From assembly GCA_030647355.1 (NCBI GenBank), contig JAUSIS010000006.1:90221-154220 (forward strand): 64,000 nucleotides of DNA, read 5' to 3'. Numbering within the stretch: position 1 is the first letter of the stretch; every line of letters starts with the position of its first letter. Of this stretch, positions 45,914-55,638 are shown one piece after another. Source of the DNA: a bacterium. GTDB taxonomy: Bacteria > Patescibacteriota > UBA1384 > VFKW01. A program made the translations under genes and the position numbers. The notes below the pieces were generated by a model. The model saw only the letters and a program-made list of their open reading frames with translations, ran no database searches and was not told the DNA's origin.

Positions 45914-46846
45914 TTATGGTTTGTCGAGTTTATCGCTGAGAATCGCCATAATTTCTTTACGCAAAATTAATTTAGGGTAAACGGCAGTGTTTCCTTGGAA
46001 TTGCACATTGAATATTTTTGTTAGTATTTGTTTAGTTAATGGGTCGCTGGTGAAAAAATAAGTTTTCTCTTCTTCTAGGTCAATATTATTAGAAAAAATA
46101 TATTTCAAATTAAGACCAGTTTGTATGTGCTCGAGAATCTTAATAATTTCATTGCCACGTTCGGATAATAATTTATTAACGCCGATTATTTCTAATTGAA
46201 TAATGCTGATCCTATTTTCATTGACTATAAAATGTGCTGTTTCACCTTTTATTCTTTGTTTTAATTTTTCACCGGAAAGGTCCGATTTTGCGAGGAAAAG
46301 TGTTTTTATGAAATCTTTTGGTAATTGTGCGATTTGATTAAGATATTTGGCAGCTTTTATGTCACGCTTTGCTGTTACGTTTCCTTTGAAATTCAGAGTA
46401 TTTGAAACTATAGCTCCGTATAATAAAATCGCTGAGCTTTTGGATATCTCTATATTAGCATTGATAAATTTCTCTATGATTAGCGTTGCTGCGGCGCCAA
46501 CGTATTCGATTTGAACTTTTGCTTTTGGGAATTTATCTGCTTCGTTGAATTTTCTGTGATCGATGATTTCAATAACTCTTTCCGGGGGTATATTTCCTTT
46601 GAGACCACCTAGATCGCTGGCGTCTACCAAGATAATTTCATTGAATGCTTTTGTTTCTTGTATTATAGGTGGGCGTTAGGGTTTAATAAGATTAAATATA
46701 TATTTTGATTCTTCGTTGATATTGCCAATGATCCCTGCTTTAATATGAATGTTATTTTTTTGTAAAAATTCCGAGTAAGCAATAACTGAGGCGGTTCCAT
46801 CTAGATCGGGATCGACATAGCAGGTGACTAATATTGGAGGATTCAT
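45914..46846 (-). pseudogene. DHH-family phosphoesterase (NrnA-like) interrupted by an in-frame TAA
   Basis: The N-terminal 56 codons (MNPPILVTCYVDPDLDGTASVIAYSEFL..NLIKP) carry DHH motifs I and II, then an in-frame TAA (plus 46676-46678). The same frame continues RPPIIQETKAFNEIILVDASDLGG...IIDHRKF (motif III, a DHR variant) through the DHHA1-like C-terminus. Confidence 0.6.
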
Positions 46847-47538
46847 TATTTTGCTTCTCTCACAATAACAATCGGAGTTAATTCGTTGCTTTGTCCGAGC
46901 GGGTTATCAAGAAGTATTTTTCTAGCTATTTCTTTGGTGATCGGGAATCCTTTACTGAAACCTAAAACTTCGCAGTCTATATTGTTGGCGTCTACTATTA
47001 TAGATGGAAGGCCGTATTTTTCCTCGATTTGTTGGCAAAAGCCATCGGGGTCTTCGGGTGCGAGTTTGGCAAATTCATTATATGGCGCCATAGTTGGCGG
47101 ATTGAAGCCGTCTATTTGGGCGATATTATTGCCGGCAATGCGGTAGAAATCCCCTCTTCTACCAAAGAGACGAGTGATAGCGCCAACTATAGAAGCAAAT
47201 ATTATTCTGGCGGTTCCTGCTTGCATAATGGCTACCTGCATTTTACGCGGGTGGGAAAAACCCAGATCATCTGGGAATTTTGTGACTCCTTTGACGATTA
47301 TTTTTGCTAACCAGCTTGGTTTAACGACTGATTCATGCACAACTCTGCCTTGTGAATAGGCGATAACTCTTTCAGAAAGAGCCAGCCAGTCCCCTTTTTT
47401 AGTTTTTGGCAGAACATACTTTTCAAGCAAAGGAAAATAAGGTTCTTTTATATGAATCATGTGGGTGGCAACTGGGATGCGTTCATATTTTTTGCCATCA
47501 ACCTCAATTATTGGTTCTAGTTTTTTCTTTTCGGCCAT
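46846..47538 (-). CDS. F420-0:gamma-glutamyl ligase (CofE)-like protein
   Basis: ...GDWLALSERVIAYSQGR... and ...NNIDCEV....PIVIVRE resemble the CofE family. Assignment by memory only. Confidence 0.45.
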   Translation of the reverse strand: MAEKKKLEPIIEVDGKKYERIPVATHMIHIKEPYFPLLEKYVLPKTKKGDWLALSERVIAYSQGRVVHESVVKPSWLAKIIVKGVTKFPDDLGFSHPRKMQVAIMQAGTARIIFASIVGAITRLFGRRGDFYRIAGNNIAQIDGFNPPTMAPYNEFAKLAPEDPDGFCQQIEEKYGLPSIIVDANNIDCEVLGFSKGFPITKEIARKILLDNPLGQSNELTPIVIVREAK

Positions 47539-47614
47539 GAGAGCTCCTTTAAGGTTATTTGGTTTTATTATAGAGTATTCTTAGACTTTATTCTATATGA
47601 AAAAGATACTAAAA

Positions 47615-47640
47615 AAAGCCGCGCGGAGCGCGGCGTGGGA
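47615..47640 (-). terminator. Terminator after the 47649..48305 gene
   Basis: In minus sense: gccgcgcuccgcgcggc followed by uuuuuuu. Confidence 0.6.
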
Positions 47641-47648
47641 GTCGAGAG

Positions 47649-48305
47649 TTATTCCTTGGGTGTATTTCGGATAGTTCGGGTGCGATCCTCGATGCGCTTC
47701 ATCATTGAACCTGAGTAGATAATGCACCTACAATCGCTCACATGCCAACCACCGGGTAAGTAAGAGAAATATGGCAGCTTGTCTAGGTTCTCATTCATAT
47801 TCGCCTTCACGCGGGCGACCCACTCGGTGAATTCGCAGTTGATTAACCTGATGTGGTGTGCCACCCCACCGAAACTATATTGATAGGCTCGCCAGTCGCC
47901 GATGGAACTCCACTTTACGGGTATGTCGTTGGTATCTATGATAACGGGAGTTCGGGGACCAGGGAGAAGTCCTATGCCTCGATCGGTGAAGGGCGTGGCA
48001 ATACCTTCCCAGGGATCGCTGCTTGTGCAGGCTGCCTGATAGACGAGAGCCTCAAGCCCACTCTGCACTTCTTTGATCATTGGCTGATCGGGATAGATGA
48101 GAGAAGCCCCAATGAAGGCTACATTGTGCTTCGTCTTGTAGCGAGCGATAGTGACGGTGATGCCCGTGTATAGGTCCTCACCACCAACATGGTATTCGCA
48201 GAACTTGACTTGGAAGGATACCTCAATGGCGTCCGGCAGCACGCGAGCTTTGTCTATGGCTCGTTCTTTCAATGTTCCACCTCCTGCCATATATTGCCCG
48301 ACCAA
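47649..48305 (-). CDS. Hypothetical protein (GC-rich)
   Basis: 218 aa; no motif recognised; GC above background. Confidence 0.6.
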   Translation of the reverse strand: MVGQYMAGGGTLKERAIDKARVLPDAIEVSFQVKFCEYHVGGEDLYTGITVTIARYKTKHNVAFIGASLIYPDQPMIKEVQSGLEALVYQAACTSSDPWEGIATPFTDRGIGLLPGPRTPVIIDTNDIPVKWSSIGDWRAYQYSFGGVAHHIRLINCEFTEWVARVKANMNENLDKLPYFSYLPGGWHVSDCRCIIYSGSMMKRIEDRTRTIRNTPKE

Positions 48306-48408
48306 TGGTCTTTAGGCGGTTAGTCTAGTACTAACACTTTTGGATGGCAGATTGGATTGTGGTTATTGTGTCATTTAATTGTTGATTGGTCAAGTAATAA
48401 AGAGATTG

Positions 48409-49638
48409 TTATTTGAACTCTTCTGGCCTAAAGTAGCGGCGGTCTTGGAGTTCTTCGGGGAGGTACATTTGGTCTTTATGCTTTTCAGGGTCAATCCATT
48501 GGTATCGAATATGGCCTTTGCCGGCGCCGATTTCTTTCATGACCTTATTGGAAGCATTTCTTAAATGTAGAGGAACGGGAGGGATGTGTTCGATTTCGAT
48601 ATCGCGGGATGCTTCCATGTAGGCGGCATAGGTAGCGATAGTCTTGGGACATTTGGCCAGATAGACGGCAACATGGGCGAGGATTATTTGAGCTTCCGGC
48701 ATGCCGATCATTTTGACGGCAGTCATAGCTTCAGTAGCCAAAACCAAAGCGGTGTTATTGGCTAAGTTAATGTCTTCCGAGGCGAAAATAACCATGCGCC
48801 GGGCGATAAAAACCGGATCTTCTCCGCTTTTAAGCATGCGAGCTAACCAATATAAAGTAGCGTCGGGGTCGCCGCCGCGCATGGATTTGATGAAAGCGGA
48901 AATTGTGTCGTAGTGCCAATCCCCTTTTTTGTCATAATAGATGGCTTTTCGCTGAACGGCTTTCTCGGCAGTTTCAAGATCAATATTTTTTGACAATTGA
49001 GCGGCTAGTTCGGCGGCATTGATAGCGCTTCGGGCATCGCCATTGGCGGATTTGGCAATGAACTGAAGAGATTTTTGGTCAAATTTAGTTTTTGGAAAAG
49101 ATAAAATGGCTTTTTTTAGGATTGATAAAATATTTTCTTGGGTAAGTTCGTGTAAATTGAAAACTCTCGAACGGGAGATTAAGGGAGCATTAATAGAAAA
49201 TCCCGGGTTTTCGGTTGTGGCGCCGATTAGAATAATCGTGCCTTTTTCGACATGCGGAAGAAAAGCGTCTTGCTGGGCTTTGTTGAAGCGATGAATTTCG
49301 TCTATGAAAAGAATAGTTTTTTGGTTTTTATCTTCAAGACGTTCTTTGGCTTCGGCGATGACTTTTCTAACCTCCGCTACACCAGAGGTGACAGCGGAGA
49401 ATTCTATATAGTAGCTTTTTGTATAATTTGCGATCAGGCGAGCAATAGTTGTCTTGCCGCACCCAGGAGGTCCCCAAAGGATTAAGGAAGATATTTCTCC
49501 CGATTCGATAAGATGTCGCAGAGGTTTACCCTCGCCTAGTAAATGTTCTTGGCCGGCAACTTCATCCAGTGTAGTGGGGCGAAGCCTTTCAGCTAAGGGG
49601 GTATTAGTATTATTTGAATTTTCTTGAAATTTGTTCAT
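48409..49638 (-). CDS. rarA: Replication-associated recombination protein A (AAA+ ATPase RarA/MgsA)
   Basis: The Walker [13 protein letters not shown] is present. ...[15 protein letters not shown]... follows, and the C-terminal MgsA helical domain is present. Confidence 0.9.
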   Translation of the reverse strand: MNKFQENSNNTNTPLAERLRPTTLDEVAGQEHLLGEGKPLRHLIESGEISSLILWGPPGCGKTTIARLIANYTKSYYIEFSAVTSGVAEVRKVIAEAKERLEDKNQKTILFIDEIHRFNKAQQDAFLPHVEKGTIILIGATTENPGFSINAPLISRSRVFNLHELTQENILSILKKAILSFPKTKFDQKSLQFIAKSANGDARSAINAAELAAQLSKNIDLETAEKAVQRKAIYYDKKGDWHYDTISAFIKSMRGGDPDATLYWLARMLKSGEDPVFIARRMVIFASEDINLANNTALVLATEAMTAVKMIGMPEAQIILAHVAVYLAKCPKTIATYAAYMEASRDIEIEHIPPVPLHLRNASNKVMKEIGAGKGHIRYQWIDPEKHKDQMYLPEELQDRRYFRPEEFK

Positions 49639-49736
49639 ATGGTTGGATTATAGCACAATTGGGTTAATTTTGATGTATTTTGTTGAGAATTTAATAGGAG
49701 TTACAAAATTATACCTGATGGATTTACCCTCGAGGT

Positions 49737-49765
49737 ATTGACAGGTTATCTTGGCTATGGTATAA
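49737..49765 (+). promoter_or_regulatory. Consensus sigma70-type promoter
   Basis: TTGACA-ggttatcttggctatgg(17)-TATAAT is a perfect consensus promoter. Confidence 0.6.
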
Positions 49766-49843
49766 TTCTCATTGTTCTTGTGTATAGCAGGAGCTTTTTA
49801 TTTAGCTCATGCTGCGTGAGGACTGAAAGGACTTTTAACTATT

Positions 49844-50548
49844 ATGTTAACTCAACTCTTAAGGAGGGTTGAGGGGACGATAATTAAACAATACAGAGGT
49901 ATTGTTAAAGTAACGAAAAATTTCTACAAAACATCAAATAAGAGAATTAAAAAGGTTAATAGAAAATATGTTCAAAAAATTGTTTCTAGTTCATTAGCCA
50001 TAAAAATGGTTGGTTATGTCACTCTATTTATAGCTATGTCTTCCAGTATGCAGGTTGCCGGGGGTGAAAGTCAGATATGGGCTTCTAACTTGCGTTTCGA
50101 TAAAACACAAGTTATTCCTATCTCTTTGCCGGCAAAACAGATTGATATTAAAATCGAACCTATACCGGTTCCTCAGCCTGTAAAGAAAGTTAGTATATCT
50201 AGGGTTGAAGTAGCTCGTGAGCGTGCCGTTGTACCTGCGTTATCGGCTCCAGCTTCTAATATTGATGTTAAGGCATATGCTAGAGCGAGAAGTGATGAGA
50301 TGTTTGGTGTGGGGCATTGGTCTTCTCTTGAGGCATTGTGGGCAAGAGAGTCGGGCTGGAATTATAGGGCTTATAACCGTTATTCCGGTGCATGTGGTAT
50401 TCCTCAGGCTATGCCTTGTAGCAAGGGTGGTGCTAACTTTAGAAATGATCCTAAGCAACAGATTGAATGGGGCTTAAGGTATATCTCTGGTAGGTATGGT
50501 AATCCTTCTAGGGCATGGGGTTTCTGGTTAAGCCGTCATTGGTACTAA
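49844..50548 (+). CDS. Secreted protein with an Apf-like C-terminal domain (aggregation-promoting factor / cell-wall-associated)
   Basis: An N-terminal TM/signal segment is followed by a C-terminus ending ...WARESGWNYRAYNRYSGACGIPQA...RYGNPSRAWGFWLSRHWY. That C-terminus resembles the Lactobacillus Apf C-terminal domain. Confidence 0.6.
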   Translation: MLTQLLRRVEGTIIKQYRGIVKVTKNFYKTSNKRIKKVNRKYVQKIVSSSLAIKMVGYVTLFIAMSSSMQVAGGESQIWASNLRFDKTQVIPISLPAKQIDIKIEPIPVPQPVKKVSISRVEVARERAVVPALSAPASNIDVKAYARARSDEMFGVGHWSSLEALWARESGWNYRAYNRYSGACGIPQAMPCSKGGANFRNDPKQQIEWGLRYISGRYGNPSRAWGFWLSRHWY

Positions 50549-50555
50549 TAGGAAA

Positions 50556-50582
50556 ACAAAAAACCGCCGAGAGGCGGTTTTT
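50556..50582. terminator. Bidirectional terminator between convergent genes
   Basis: aaaaccgccgagaggcggttttttg. Confidence 0.75.
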
Positions 50583-50599
50583 TGTAACAGCTCTAATTA

Positions 50600-51676
50600 C
50601 TATGGAGTGAATGTAACTGGCGCTGTTGGTCGAACGACGGCTATCCAGGTTTGCCCGCGGTTGAAAGTGATTAGGTTGCCTGCGCTGTCTTTAAATTCGG
50701 TGCGAGATTTTGATGAAGATTTTGACCAAGTTGTGAGCGTCATTTTTCCGTCTATAAAGGATTTGGCATTACCGGAGCCGATAGTTTGGGCATCGTGATC
50801 TTTTTTGCCGGATTTGTATATCTCGCTGACATATTGGACTACGATGTTTTTAGGGGCTATCTGAACGCCTGATACACGGTCTTTGTGCGGAGAACCGGCT
50901 TGGAACCGCAAGAATGAGTTTGTTGAAGGATTGTAGGTGAATTTTACGGCATATGTTGAATTGCCGGAGAAATCTATTGAAAGAGTTCCGCTAGCTGGTC
51001 TTTCGGCAACAGGCGCATCATCTTTAAACTTGTAGGCAGTGAAACTGCCGGTTTGCGGCCAACCCCTTTTGACACTATATTCATATAGTTTAGCGGTTGT
51101 TGTATAGCCGTTATGTGGTGCTGAACGGCTAGAATCCCTCCAAAAATAGGGCTGGCCGATTTTCATGGCATCAATATCTTTTACGGAGTTATTGGCGATT
51201 TTATGGAGTGCATCGTTTGCCCCGCCCCAGTGAGCGTAGAATGCATCATATTCCTCTGCCCAGTCTACATAATATGTGCGGGCAGATCTGACTGGCCCGA
51301 CTTTAGCAGGAATTACCGGTCCGTATATTGCCATAAATCTAGTTATACCACCCTCTACTAATGTTTCATAAACGATAGAAGCATCGGTTAATCCGGTTTG
51401 GGGGCGGGCTTGTGGGTGATTTTCTATTATTATAGCAAGAGGATGCCGGTTCGCTATTGAGGGATCTACCATAGTTCCATCGAGCGGAGCTTCGGCAAGA
51501 ATCGGCTTAGGCGGTTCCGCTGGTTTTGCGGCAGCCGGTGATTCTTTTTTGGGAGTTTCTTTTTTGGTGGTTTGTTTTTGAGACGGGTAATATCTTAGAT
51601 AGGCAAGAATACTGATGGCGATAAGCATTGCAGCAATGCCTACGATCAGTAGGATTTTTTTCTGCTTGGGGCTCAT
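50600..51676 (-). CDS. DUF3048-like membrane-anchored/lipoprotein-like protein
   Basis: An N-terminal TM helix and Pro/Lys-rich linker precede a soluble domain (...GITRFMAIYGP...RSARTYYVDWA...). Family call from memory only. Confidence 0.55.
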   Translation of the reverse strand: MSPKQKKILLIVGIAAMLIAISILAYLRYYPSQKQTTKKETPKKESPAAAKPAEPPKPILAEAPLDGTMVDPSIANRHPLAIIIENHPQARPQTGLTDASIVYETLVEGGITRFMAIYGPVIPAKVGPVRSARTYYVDWAEEYDAFYAHWGGANDALHKIANNSVKDIDAMKIGQPYFWRDSSRSAPHNGYTTTAKLYEYSVKRGWPQTGSFTAYKFKDDAPVAERPASGTLSIDFSGNSTYAVKFTYNPSTNSFLRFQAGSPHKDRVSGVQIAPKNIVVQYVSEIYKSGKKDHDAQTIGSGNAKSFIDGKMTLTTWSKSSSKSRTEFKDSAGNLITFNRGQTWIAVVRPTAPVTFTP

Positions 51677-51692
51677 ATAGCTCCTTAATTAT

Positions 51693-54422
51693 TTATATTT
51701 TATATTTTTCTTTGCGATTACGAAAGTACTTCTCGATTTCGACTACAAGTATTACTGTTAAGGAAACCAAAATAATACTTATCCATTGAGTCAGGCTTAG
51801 AGCAGTCGTGTAGAAAATTTTCTGGAAAAATGGCGAATAAACGGCGAAAATTGTCAGGATAAATGCTGCGAAGAAAGATATGGCAACATAAGCATTGTGA
51901 AAAATTTTAGTATCAATGACTGATCGGGTGAGAGAGCGGCAGTTAAACATATTGATGAGCTGGAATAAAATCATAGTAACGAAAGCGACAGTTCTGGCTT
52001 GTTCGTACCCTGAGTTATGGAGTTCGCGATTAAATAGATATGTAGTGCCGAGCGCCATAGTTAGAGATACTAGTAAGATTCGCCAGCGGATAACGTTATC
52101 TAGTATTGGTGTGTTTGGTTTTCGCGGAGGAGATTTCATTATATTGTCATGCTTGGGTTCTAAGGCGAGCGGAATAACGGCAAAACCGTCGGTGATTAAA
52201 TTTATCCAGAGAATTTGCAAAGGTAAGACTGGTAAGACGTATTCGCCTGGCTTACCGGGTAGACTTATGCCGATTATTAAAGGGAGCATGATGACAAAAA
52301 TTTCTCCTATATTAGTAGAGAGAAGGTATAGCAAAACTCTTTTTATATTATTATAAATTGCCCTTCCTTCGCTGATAGCTGCTATGATGGTTGCGAAATT
52401 ATCATTGGCAAGTACCATACTAGCGGCTTCACGGGAAACATCCGTGCCTGTTTTTCCCATTGCGATACCTATATCAGCTTGTTTGAGGGCGGCTGAGTCA
52501 TTAATGCCATCTCCGGTGACGGCTACAATATGACCTTGTTTTTGAAATTGTTTGACTAATTGTAATTTTTGCAGTGGAGAGATTCTGGAATAGACATTGC
52601 AATACTTCGTCACCTTATTTAGTTCAGCTACTGACATTTTTTCTAAGATATCACCTGTGATAACCGAATTACTACTATCTACAATCGGTTCGTTTGAAAT
52701 ATCGATATTGGATGCGACGCTTTGGGCGGTTAGGGCGTGGTCGCCAGTTACCATTGCAACTCGAATTCCGGCACGATGGGCTTGTTGAATTGCCAAGGGC
52801 ACTTCTCTTCGAGGTGAATCTTTCATTGCGCATATTCCGAGCAGTGTTGCTCCGATGAGGTCCTTTTCAGATACTTTCTCTGAAGTCTCGATATTTTTTT
52901 CGGCGAGCATAAGAACACGGTATCCTTGCGAGGACAATTCGCGGGCTTTTCCCATGATTGTTTTTTTATTTTTAGCCGGCAGACTGATTTTCCTATTATT
53001 GCAGTAATACGAACTACACAAGGTAATAATTTTTTCAGCTGCCCCCTTTATTGCAACAATATCGCCGTCACCAGGATATTTATGTAGGGTAGCCATAAAG
53101 CGTTTAGTGGTGTGAAATGGTATTTCGTCAATTCTTGGGTATATTTCTTCGATTTCCGATTTGATTATATTCATTTTGGCAGCGGCGACGGTAATTGATC
53201 CTTCAGTGGGATCACCAATTATTTTCCATTCGTCTTTCTCTTTAATTAAATTAGAATCATTGCATAAAACGCCCGCAGTTAGCAATTTTGCCAGAGCTTT
53301 ATGTTCGTCTTGTTTAATTTTTTCGCCATTGAGTTCAATGTTGCCGATTGGGGTATAGCCATCTCCTTCTATATTGTACTGGCTATCGGGAATGAATATT
53401 TTTTCGATAGACATCTCACCTCTAGTTAATGTGCCGGTTTTGTCAGTGGCTACCAGTGTCACGGCGCCTAAGGTTTCGACAGCTGGTAGATAGCGAATAA
53501 TAGCTTTTTTTTGCGCCATAGCTCGAACGCCTAAGGCAAGAGTGATTGTCATGACGGCCGGTAGGCCTTCGGGGATTGCTGAAACGGCTAAATTTATCGC
53601 AGTGAGGAACATATCCACGGCATCTAATTTTCTCCAAAAACCGATGATTAAGAGGACGACCATTGTGGCGAGAATAACGTAGATTAGTTGTTTTGAGAGG
53701 TCTTTCAGCTCTTTTTCCAGTGGAGATTCTGGTGGATCGGCTAGTTGAATTGATTTAGCTATTTTACCAAATTCGGTATTTTCTCCAATTGCCACAACTA
53801 CTCCCCTGCCGCGGCCAGAAACGACAAATGTTCCTGAATAGGCGATGTTGCGGCGATCGGATATTACGGTATCTTTTGGTAGAGTTTTTGTGTTTTTTGT
53901 CGGGGGGATTGACTCACCTGTTAGAATAGATTCGTCAATTCTAAGATCAACGCTTTCTATGATACGCAGATCTGCAGGGATCTTGGCGCCCGGTTCTATT
54001 ATTACAATATCACCCAACGCTAAGTTAGTGGCAGGGATTTCGGTGAGCTCTTTGTCGCGCAGGACTTTGCAGTTTGTTATAAGGAATGTATCCAGTTTAG
54101 TAAGGGATTTTGAGGCTTTAATCTCTTGGAAATATCCAATGAGACCGTTGGAGATGACAATGAAAAGAATAACAAGAGTATCAACATAATGACCGATGAC
54201 CAGAGTAATAAGGGCGACAATAATTAATATATATATAAGGGGGTTGGCAAACTGCTCCAGTAATATCTGGGTGTTTGTTTTGGGTTGGGCTTTCGATATT
54301 TCATTGGCCCCGTGTTTTTTTAGATTCTCTGACGCCGACTTAGAAGTAAGCCCATTTTGCGATGTTTCAAGAACATTAAAAATTTGGTCTATTTCTAGAT
54401 CGTGCCACTCATAATCCAACAT
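51693..54422 (-). CDS. P-type cation-transporting ATPase (P2-type, Ca2+/Mg2+-like)
   Basis: The phosphorylation motif DKTGTLT and the hinge motif VTGDGINDSAALKQADIGIAMG are present. It has 10 TM helices and 909 aa. Confidence 0.9.
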   Translation of the reverse strand: MLDYEWHDLEIDQIFNVLETSQNGLTSKSASENLKKHGANEISKAQPKTNTQILLEQFANPLIYILIIVALITLVIGHYVDTLVILFIVISNGLIGYFQEIKASKSLTKLDTFLITNCKVLRDKELTEIPATNLALGDIVIIEPGAKIPADLRIIESVDLRIDESILTGESIPPTKNTKTLPKDTVISDRRNIAYSGTFVVSGRGRGVVVAIGENTEFGKIAKSIQLADPPESPLEKELKDLSKQLIYVILATMVVLLIIGFWRKLDAVDMFLTAINLAVSAIPEGLPAVMTITLALGVRAMAQKKAIIRYLPAVETLGAVTLVATDKTGTLTRGEMSIEKIFIPDSQYNIEGDGYTPIGNIELNGEKIKQDEHKALAKLLTAGVLCNDSNLIKEKDEWKIIGDPTEGSITVAAAKMNIIKSEIEEIYPRIDEIPFHTTKRFMATLHKYPGDGDIVAIKGAAEKIITLCSSYYCNNRKISLPAKNKKTIMGKARELSSQGYRVLMLAEKNIETSEKVSEKDLIGATLLGICAMKDSPRREVPLAIQQAHRAGIRVAMVTGDHALTAQSVASNIDISNEPIVDSSNSVITGDILEKMSVAELNKVTKYCNVYSRISPLQKLQLVKQFQKQGHIVAVTGDGINDSAALKQADIGIAMGKTGTDVSREAASMVLANDNFATIIAAISEGRAIYNNIKRVLLYLLSTNIGEIFVIMLPLIIGISLPGKPGEYVLPVLPLQILWINLITDGFAVIPLALEPKHDNIMKSPPRKPNTPILDNVIRWRILLVSLTMALGTTYLFNRELHNSGYEQARTVAFVTMILFQLINMFNCRSLTRSVIDTKIFHNAYVAISFFAAFILTIFAVYSPFFQKIFYTTALSLTQWISIILVSLTVILVVEIEKYFRNRKEKYKI

Positions 54423-54626
54423 ACTCCCCTCTCGTACGTCTATGGTTAAACTATCTAATAATATTTTAACATAAGATATATATAATGAGAACTCTTTTTT
54501 TATATTGTTATTACTTTGTGGGAAGCTATCAAGCTTGACTTATATGGTTGAATGTGGTATAAATTCAGTACAATACCCAAATCCCACGAAGGGTAAATCA
54601 GTTTCGGGCAAGGAGGATCCAGTAGG

Positions 54627-55583
54627 ATGGGTGTGCAGAATGGCAAGGGTGTAGGAAGTGTAAATGAGGGGATTGTGGAGATTACGCTTCCGGTTGCTAC
54701 GGCTACTTTGTTTGAGGGGATGCTGGGCTATGCCGTGGAGTTTGATAACGGCGTAGGAACGGAACAGCGCTATCCTCTCAGTAATGGAGCCGAATCGGGC
54801 GATGAAGACTATGTTCCGACGGTCCATGAACTAGCTCGAGTTCTCGGAATCGATCGGCCAGAGTGGAAGATGTTCGCTCTTATCCGCTCGGGTATAGTTG
54901 CTCCGCTGCATGATAGTCGAGTAGCGAGTGATGAATCTATTCTGAGTGCCTTCCCCGGTAATCGGGTATTTATCAAGGGGATGGTCGAGCCAACGATCTT
55001 TAGGTTGGCAAGGGCCAAGGTGGTCAAGATAGAGAGAGGCGGCGGCAAATCGTTTGGAGACTGTTTCGCGACCAGTAGTTGGGGTGGATACGATGAGATC
55101 AGTCCAAGGCTGGCGACGATCTTCTCCTATCTCGAACGGGACATACCTAAGGATGCTAATGGATGGTTTGATCCGCAAGGTAAGCTCTATCGGGCGATAG
55201 CTGCAAATCGCAATGTAAGTGAGAACTTCGCTGCGGCAACTTTGCGGTATTTCGCCGACGTAGGAGTTCTGGAAGCAAAGGGGAATTCGCATTGCTTCTA
55301 CCGAATCTACCCTGCTTTGACTGAACAGGAGGCTGGATATAAGTTGCCGTACGATATCCCACTGGGGTATTTCTGCGATCTGACTATGACAGAGATACAC
55401 AGCGATCCACTACTCCTGAAGTGCTGGGAGGACACAGTTGCGGCTACTCGCCGACTGAATAGGTTGGTTATCGAGAAGCAGGCTTTGGAGCAACTGATTG
55501 TTGATCGTACTGGTCGGGCGCAGCGAGTCCATCGGGCAAACGAGGCGCGGCAGAAAGCCGCCGAGGGGCTGGATATCGCGTAA
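54627..55583 (+). CDS. Hypothetical protein (GC-rich), immediately adjacent to the IS element
   Basis: 318 aa with GC clearly above background; no motif recognised. Confidence 0.55.
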   Translation: MGVQNGKGVGSVNEGIVEITLPVATATLFEGMLGYAVEFDNGVGTEQRYPLSNGAESGDEDYVPTVHELARVLGIDRPEWKMFALIRSGIVAPLHDSRVASDESILSAFPGNRVFIKGMVEPTIFRLARAKVVKIERGGGKSFGDCFATSSWGGYDEISPRLATIFSYLERDIPKDANGWFDPQGKLYRAIAANRNVSENFAAATLRYFADVGVLEAKGNSHCFYRIYPALTEQEAGYKLPYDIPLGYFCDLTMTEIHSDPLLLKCWEDTVAATRRLNRLVIEKQALEQLIVDRTGRAQRVHRANEARQKAAEGLDIA

Positions 55584-55638
55584 GTCTTAGAAAGTCCGAA
55601 GCTGGAAGGCGGAGGACTTATTTTTTTACCTCAGTGAC

